From IMG/VR virus record IMGVR_UViG_3300016457_000282, positions 1 through 64,000 of that record: a stretch of DNA of 64,000 nucleotides. One strand, given 5' to 3'. This stretch comes from a virus. Numbering within the stretch: the first letter of the stretch is position 1; every line of letters begins with the position of its first letter. Shown piece after piece: positions 59,337 to 64,000 of this stretch. Under the pieces are notes generated by a model. The model searched no databases. It was not told the DNA's origin and saw only the letters and a list, made by a program, of their open reading frames with translations. A program made the position numbers and the translations under genes.

Positions 59337-59743
59337 AGAAAGTTACGATTACATTTTTAGTGAATGATACCGATCCGTGCGCGAAGCTCATCAACGGAGC
59401 ACAAGAGATTGAGGACTCTTTAGTCTACCTCTTCGGAGAGTCTTTTAAAGGGGGAGTGACTTTCGATGCTATTGACTGTACAGATGTAGCATACGAAGTA
59501 GGAGAGTTTTACATCCCTCAGCGCATGTTTCGTGGTTTACGGTTATACATCGAGAAGAGAGTACCAATAGGAGACTTTCTAAGAGCTGTGTTGAGTAATG
59601 ATCTTACAGGAGCAGTGCTGTGCGCAGATGATGTTAACATTCGAAATTTACCTGCTTATGTTTACTATTTGTATAACGAAGCTCCGGCCGACTGTTGGGG
59701 TTCTGCAGCTAAAGTAGGGAAATGGCTTAACATAAATGACTAA
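59333..59743 (+). CDS. Conserved phage hypothetical protein
   Basis: GDFLRAVLSNDL..A...AD..N...APADCWGS. Confidence 0.6.
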   Translation: MKKVTITFLVNDTDPCAKLINGAQEIEDSLVYLFGESFKGGVTFDAIDCTDVAYEVGEFYIPQRMFRGLRLYIEKRVPIGDFLRAVLSNDLTGAVLCADDVNIRNLPAYVYYLYNEAPADCWGSAAKVGKWLNIND

Positions 59744-59761
59744 CTTATAAGGAGTTAAGTT

Positions 59762-60067
59762 ATGTCCAGTGAAGGATTAAGGACGAAGTCAAGAGATGCT
59801 TGCACAGTTGTAATAGAAGCCCTTATGTCAGGACTGAGAGTTAAAATTGGTGACTACATTTATGTATATGACTCTGACCAGAATGAAGTTTTTATTGTAG
59901 GTAAGACTAGTTCTGGGGAAGAAGTCTTATTCAGAATTGATACTCTTACCCTTAACGGATTCATTAGAATAGTCCATAAGGAATTTTCTGATGAAGAACT
60001 TCTGGCTTTGGTTAGCCAGCTTACTCTTAGGAGGTTAAGTTGTGAAACTGTTAAATACAGGAGCTAG
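59762..60067 (+). CDS. Hypothetical protein
   Basis: RBS; 101 aa. Confidence 0.5.
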   Translation: MSSEGLRTKSRDACTVVIEALMSGLRVKIGDYIYVYDSDQNEVFIVGKTSSGEEVLFRIDTLTLNGFIRIVHKEFSDEELLALVSQLTLRRLSCETVKYRS

Positions 60068-60118
60068 CAATACTAAGACTTTCAATGTACAGTTCTCTTT
60101 AGCATATCAAGAAGATAA

Positions 60119-60901
60119 TTGGGGAGTTTGTCCTACTGTAGCTTACGAAAACTAAAAGGTTATTTGAACGAAAGGTATCATTGGTATATTGAGCCTGATA
60201 CTCCTGTAGTGAGAGTACAAATGCCGGGCAGTATAAATCCTGCAGGAGGTACAACTCCCCGGGAATTTGAATCCGAACCATTACAGGCCGCTGACATTAA
60301 ATTAATTAACTGTTATTACCCGCCTCCTAAAGAAAGTGAGCTGAGAGATTTAATTTCCAAAGGGGTCCAAGAACTTGCTCGTAAAGTTCCAGGGCGTTTT
60401 TGTCCTGAACCTCCTTTATCTCAGAATTGGTTGTCTGCTCCTGATTTAGGAGTAGAAGATATTGTAGAAATTCTAAATGACTCTGAATACATATACAAAT
60501 TACCTCGACTCGGGCAGTGTAACGGTAAAATAAAACTAAAAGGTAGCGTGATACCAGGGCTGCGGCAGAGAGCTTTCTTTGTAGCTTCTTCAATTTCTTT
60601 TAGTCGACTGAAACTGTTTGTTTATCCTTCTTGTGAAAAAAGTGATGGGTTTGACACGTTGGTTCAAGGCGATTCTTTTAACATGGGTCATCACGAAATC
60701 AAAATAGTTGAAGGAGCTCTCTATATTTGGAGAGCCTACTCTGAAGACTACTATGGACACGAGCGAGCCCAGGCTTTATTCCGAACTTACGGAAAAGCCA
60801 CTTTGAGTGTCAAAGACTTAGTTGAAGGTGGCTCTAATACAGTGACTGTAAGAGGATCTTTTATTATGGTTCATTGGCCTATGTTAGGAAGATTAGACTA
60901 A
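60119..60901 (+). CDS. Hypothetical protein
   Basis: 260-aa ORF; start uncertain. Confidence 0.45.
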   Translation: MGSLSYCSLRKLKGYLNERYHWYIEPDTPVVRVQMPGSINPAGGTTPREFESEPLQAADIKLINCYYPPPKESELRDLISKGVQELARKVPGRFCPEPPLSQNWLSAPDLGVEDIVEILNDSEYIYKLPRLGQCNGKIKLKGSVIPGLRQRAFFVASSISFSRLKLFVYPSCEKSDGFDTLVQGDSFNMGHHEIKIVEGALYIWRAYSEDYYGHERAQALFRTYGKATLSVKDLVEGGSNTVTVRGSFIMVHWPMLGRLD

Positions 60902-61178
60902 AAAAGTAGCAGAGTAAGCTATGAAATGTTACATCTATGGCACGAAAGACAAATACTTAGCTTGCGGCAAAGCCTTGCCTAAGTGTAGTGAAGATTTTTT
61001 GTGACGCTTATGCCGGTCGTCTTATATGTTATAGCGAGGACGAGCGTATTTGTAGCAAGAGTAACAATGTTATTCAAGGCACGAGACTCTCTTTAGAAGG
61101 TTCACTGTAAGCTTGAGAAAGAGAGTTTTGTAGTAGTAGCTCGATTTAACTCAATATCAAATAAGGAGGGTTAAAAAC

Positions 61179-61793
61179 ATGAAGAAGCTCTCGGAGTTGG
61201 AAGAAAGGTTTGACGTAAAAATCCGCTTGTTGGAGAAACTTTTAGGTACTGTGCCAAAAGATCCAGAAGTCTATACTCGTTTTGTAGCAAGTAAGGCACC
61301 AGAACCTGAACTGGAAGAGGAAGAAACGGAAACCGTCGAAGAAGTAGAGGAGAGAGGTTGGACCGGATTTCATAAGAACGAGCAAGGTATTTTCATCTAC
61401 AACTACATGATCAAAGGCTTCCTTAAAAGCGCATGCGAAGTGTGCATGTCCGCAGGAGCCTTGTCTAAGATCGTTGCTTATAAGAAGTGGATCGATCTGG
61501 TAGTTTTTATTGACCCACGGCAGATACCGTTAGGAAAGAAGGAACCAGATGGTTGCTTAGAGCGACCTTTGAGAACGTTAACAGCGAAAGGTCCTCGAGT
61601 GACTGTTTGCAGAAGTGATTATGTAGATGCAGGGACTGAAATTCAGTTTACAGTGAGAATTCTGAAGAATAAAGTTGGGATTAATCGTGACGCTATTGAG
61701 CAAATGCTTGATTATGGTAAATACGTTGGGTTAGGACAGTGGAGAGGCTCCGGTGGTTATGGTCGTTTCGAAATAGTAGAAGTGTCACCTTGA
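61179..61793 (+). CDS. Stand-alone Cas7/RAMP-like protein
   Basis: N-terminal strand VKIRLLEKLLG, IKGFLKSA helix, RPLR...GPRV insert, AGTEIQFTV, C-terminal Gly-rich loop GLGQWRGSGGYGRF. Confidence 0.75.
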   Translation: MKKLSELEERFDVKIRLLEKLLGTVPKDPEVYTRFVASKAPEPELEEEETETVEEVEERGWTGFHKNEQGIFIYNYMIKGFLKSACEVCMSAGALSKIVAYKKWIDLVVFIDPRQIPLGKKEPDGCLERPLRTLTAKGPRVTVCRSDYVDAGTEIQFTVRILKNKVGINRDAIEQMLDYGKYVGLGQWRGSGGYGRFEIVEVSP

Positions 61794-62890
61794 AGTATGT
61801 AGTAGTGGTCATATGATCCTGTGTTAAAACATCATGACTTTCTCTGTATGGCGTTTGTAATGCACTGTAACGAAGCGTGAAGGTTTGTCTTTATAGAGCT
61901 AAGCATGAGCACAGTGATGCTCAGTTCCGTGAGCGGAAAATCAGTTTGCAAACCAGAAGATTACAGAGCCATCGTAGGTAGAATGGGGAAAGGTAGTATT
62001 AGCACGGAAAAGTGTAGTCGTGTAACCGGTATCGTGGTGTTATGTAATTTGATGTAAAAGTAAACTACTTTGACTAACTGAACATACGATGACTCATAGG
62101 TGGTTAGAAGAAGGGAAGTTCCTTCTCAGATGTCTCTTAAAGAGAGATTGTTCCATTATGTGGCAAAGAATGTTGTACAGTGCAGTCAAAGAGTTTTTAC
62201 GGGGCGTGAAAGCTTGGTTCAGTAGAGCAAACCAATGTTGTGTAAAGTAAAGGTATTGTATTGTTTTGCATGCGACGCACTGTCTTGGTCATAGCAATTA
62301 AGTACTGAATAACTTAGATGTAAGGAGTTTTATCAAAAGTTTTCAGAGAAAACCTAGAAGTTTGTCTCTAAGGTAGTTGACTGCACTGTTTGGTAGCCTT
62401 TTCAACATGCGTTGGTAGTTTTTGTTAAGAAAGTAAGGAAAAGTGGAAGAAAAGACAGCTCTGAGGAGAAGCTATTGCAAAGTCAACTAAAGTGAAGGTG
62501 GTGTATCGTACTATGCTGTGGAGGCTTGAGTAAGTTTAGCGAACTCGAGTGGTGGCTTCGTAATGCTCCGTGTTGTGGGGGAGTATGGTAAAGAGAGGTA
62601 CCGTATCATATTGCGAAGGTGATGTAAGGCCTGGTCCTGCACCGGTAATGTAAAGTCAACTAAAGCAGTCTGAAGTTGTGTGTGGTAACGGTTAAGTGTA
62701 CTGTGGTATTTTGAAGTGCAGTAAAGTGAAAGGTGCTGTCGCGTAACGTAGTGATCTGTATTGGCGTCTTAGATTTTTTTCTTCGCTTAAACATAGTCAC
62801 ATGATTAGGTGCTAAAGCATCACGGTTTTCTTCACGTGATCTGCAAAGTACAGTGTCGTATTCCAATGTGTGGGTTCTGTATCGTAGCGT
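61794..62890 (+). ncRNA. Non-coding array with 5-nt (NGY-NN) periodicity
   Basis: For example 62644: ggtaa tgtaa agtca actaa agcag tctga agttg tgtgt ggtaa; 62028: ggtat cgtgg tgtta tgtaa tttga tgtaa. No sense-strand ORF of 60 aa or more. Confidence 0.65.
62786..62840 (+). mobile_element. IS200/IS605-type end-hairpin remnant
   Basis: CTTAAAC..GTCACATGATTAGGTGCTAAAGCATC is near-identical to 62901-62936 and is followed by GGTTTTCTT. Confidence 0.55.
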
Positions 62891-62900
62891 TTAGAGTACA

Positions 62901-63100
62901 CTTAAACTCCGTCACATGACTAGGAGCTAAAGCATCCTGGCTTGTGATCATGCCAATGGACTATGGTGATGCACCCAGGGGTGTCGTTCCAGCTCCTGGC
63001 TCTGCGAAGGAGCATTCGATTGAATGCGTTCGTACTTTCAAGCCATAGCTCAGGCCAGGGACGTATTACTGCTCCTGCCCTATAGGGGCATACACCAGGA
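62901..63100 (+). ncRNA. omegaRNA (HEARO-like) scaffold of the IscB element
   Basis: GTCAC..GGAGCTAAAGCATCC..GCTTG opening hairpin; CACCCAGGGGTG..TTCCAGCTCCTGGCTCTG; CAGGCCAGGGACG; directly upstream of iscB. Confidence 0.7.
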
Positions 63101-63109
63101 GGAAAATCG

Positions 63110-64000
63110 ATGCAACATCAACGATTAATATTTCTTGTAGATGGAAGAAATAACATTTTACATCCAACACGAAAGTTGGATATGGTTAAACGTTGGTTGC
63201 GACAGATGAATGCTAAAGTCATTCGATTTGTCGGTAAAATTATGGTCGTACAAGTGTTCAAGACACTATCGCAGCAAAGAGATAACCCTATATACTGGAT
63301 TGGAGTAGATCCAGGAGATACGATTGGTATTTGTTTAGTCAGAATCACTATGTATAACAAAGTCAAGCAATTGCTAAGTATCGAATTTCACACAAGGTCG
63401 AAAGAAATCAAGCAATTACTTGAGATAAGACGGGGATATCGAAATATGAGACGATACTTCAGACGTAAACGTATTAAGAGAAAAGGACTCGTACCAAAGC
63501 ATAGACCAGCTAGATTCGAAAATAGAAGACGTTTAGATGGACGGTTGACTCCATCAGTTCGACATTTTCTAGAGTCACATAAAGCTGCTATACAGAAAAT
63601 AGTTGAATACGTTCCTGACGCTAACATCTCACTTGAATATGCTAAGTTTGACATCCAACGTATGATGAATTCAGATATTGAAGGTGAGCAGTATCAACAC
63701 GGAAGATTATTCGGTTACCAAAATATTCGTGCTTATGTACTACACCGTGATAAGTATGCATGTCAGCTATGCGGAAAGAAGAACGTTCAATTTCAGCTGC
63801 ATCATGTAGTACCCAGATCTCAAAACGGTAAAGATCATCCGGATAATCTTATTACACTGTGCCCAGATTGTCACGTTAAAGTACATACTGATGCTCAGTT
63901 GCTGAAAAGAGTACAAAGCAAAATCAAAACGAAAATAGCAGACTTCACATCTACATCCAGACTCAATATCATTATGCCGTTTTTAAAAGATTGGTTGTCA
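63110..64000 (+). CDS. iscB: IscB RNA-guided nuclease (partial, runs off the window; not in ORF track)
   Basis: PLMP-like ILHPT, RuvC-I GVDPG, Arg-rich RRGYRNMRR..RRKR, RF.NR, EYAKFD, HNH (RDKYACQLC...HHVVPRSQNG...NLITLC..CH). Confidence 0.9.
   Translation, partial: MQHQRLIFLVDGRNNILHPTRKLDMVKRWLRQMNAKVIRFVGKIMVVQVFKTLSQQRDNPIYWIGVDPGDTIGICLVRITMYNKVKQLLSIEFHTRSKEIKQLLEIRRGYRNMRRYFRRKRIKRKGLVPKHRPARFENRRRLDGRLTPSVRHFLESHKAAIQKIVEYVPDANISLEYAKFDIQRMMNSDIEGEQYQHGRLFGYQNIRAYVLHRDKYACQLCGKKNVQFQLHHVVPRSQNGKDHPDNLITLCPDCHVKVHTDAQLLKRVQSKIKTKIADFTSTSRLNIIMPFLKDWLS

Noticed and set aside
62660-62866. 68-aa minus-strand ORF
   Set aside because: Thr/His-rich translation is the by-product of reading the pentamer array antisense.
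61794-62890. Canonical CRISPR array next to the Cas7-like gene
   Set aside because: No 25-40-nt direct repeat with unique spacers; the signal is pentamer periodicity.
1-64000. tRNA, rRNA or integrase genes
   Set aside because: None recognised by eye; tRNAscan-SE was not run.

Overview
A 64 kb segment of a large tailed dsDNA bacteriophage, probably long-tailed (2205-aa tape measure protein), using the standard genetic code, GGAGG RBSs and sigma70-type promoters. 66-32.8 kb is a tail/virion/lysis module: a tail tube gene split by a group I intron with a LAGLIDADG ORF, a frameshifted chaperone pair, TMP, DUF2341/LamG, GT9 glycosyltransferase, BR0599-like hub, two NlpC/P60, DUF5675 lysin, holin, fibre proteins and a patch of pseudogenes. 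33-42.5 kb holds effector-like proteins that share a short W/F-x-T-x(2-3)-G-[RK]-[RK]-I motif (an ADP-ribosyltransferase, two zincins, a membrane protein), a UDP-sulfoquinovose synthase with two inteins, and DNA-modification-like genes. 42.5-49.3 kb is a repeat-rich control region with a GC-skew flip, palindromic ~80-bp elements around a ParB-like gene, iteron-like repeats and duplicated early genes. 49.3-61 kb holds early/accessory genes, including a retron-type reverse transcriptase with a structured upstream region, QueD, MoxR-VWA and a 3D-domain protein. The strongest candidate for a new system is at 61.2-62.9 kb: a stand-alone Cas7-like RAMP gene followed by ~1.1 kb of non-coding DNA with a 5-nt NGY-NN periodicity. 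An IscB/omegaRNA element, truncated by the window end, sits directly against this array. All family calls come from reading motifs by eye; no searches were run.
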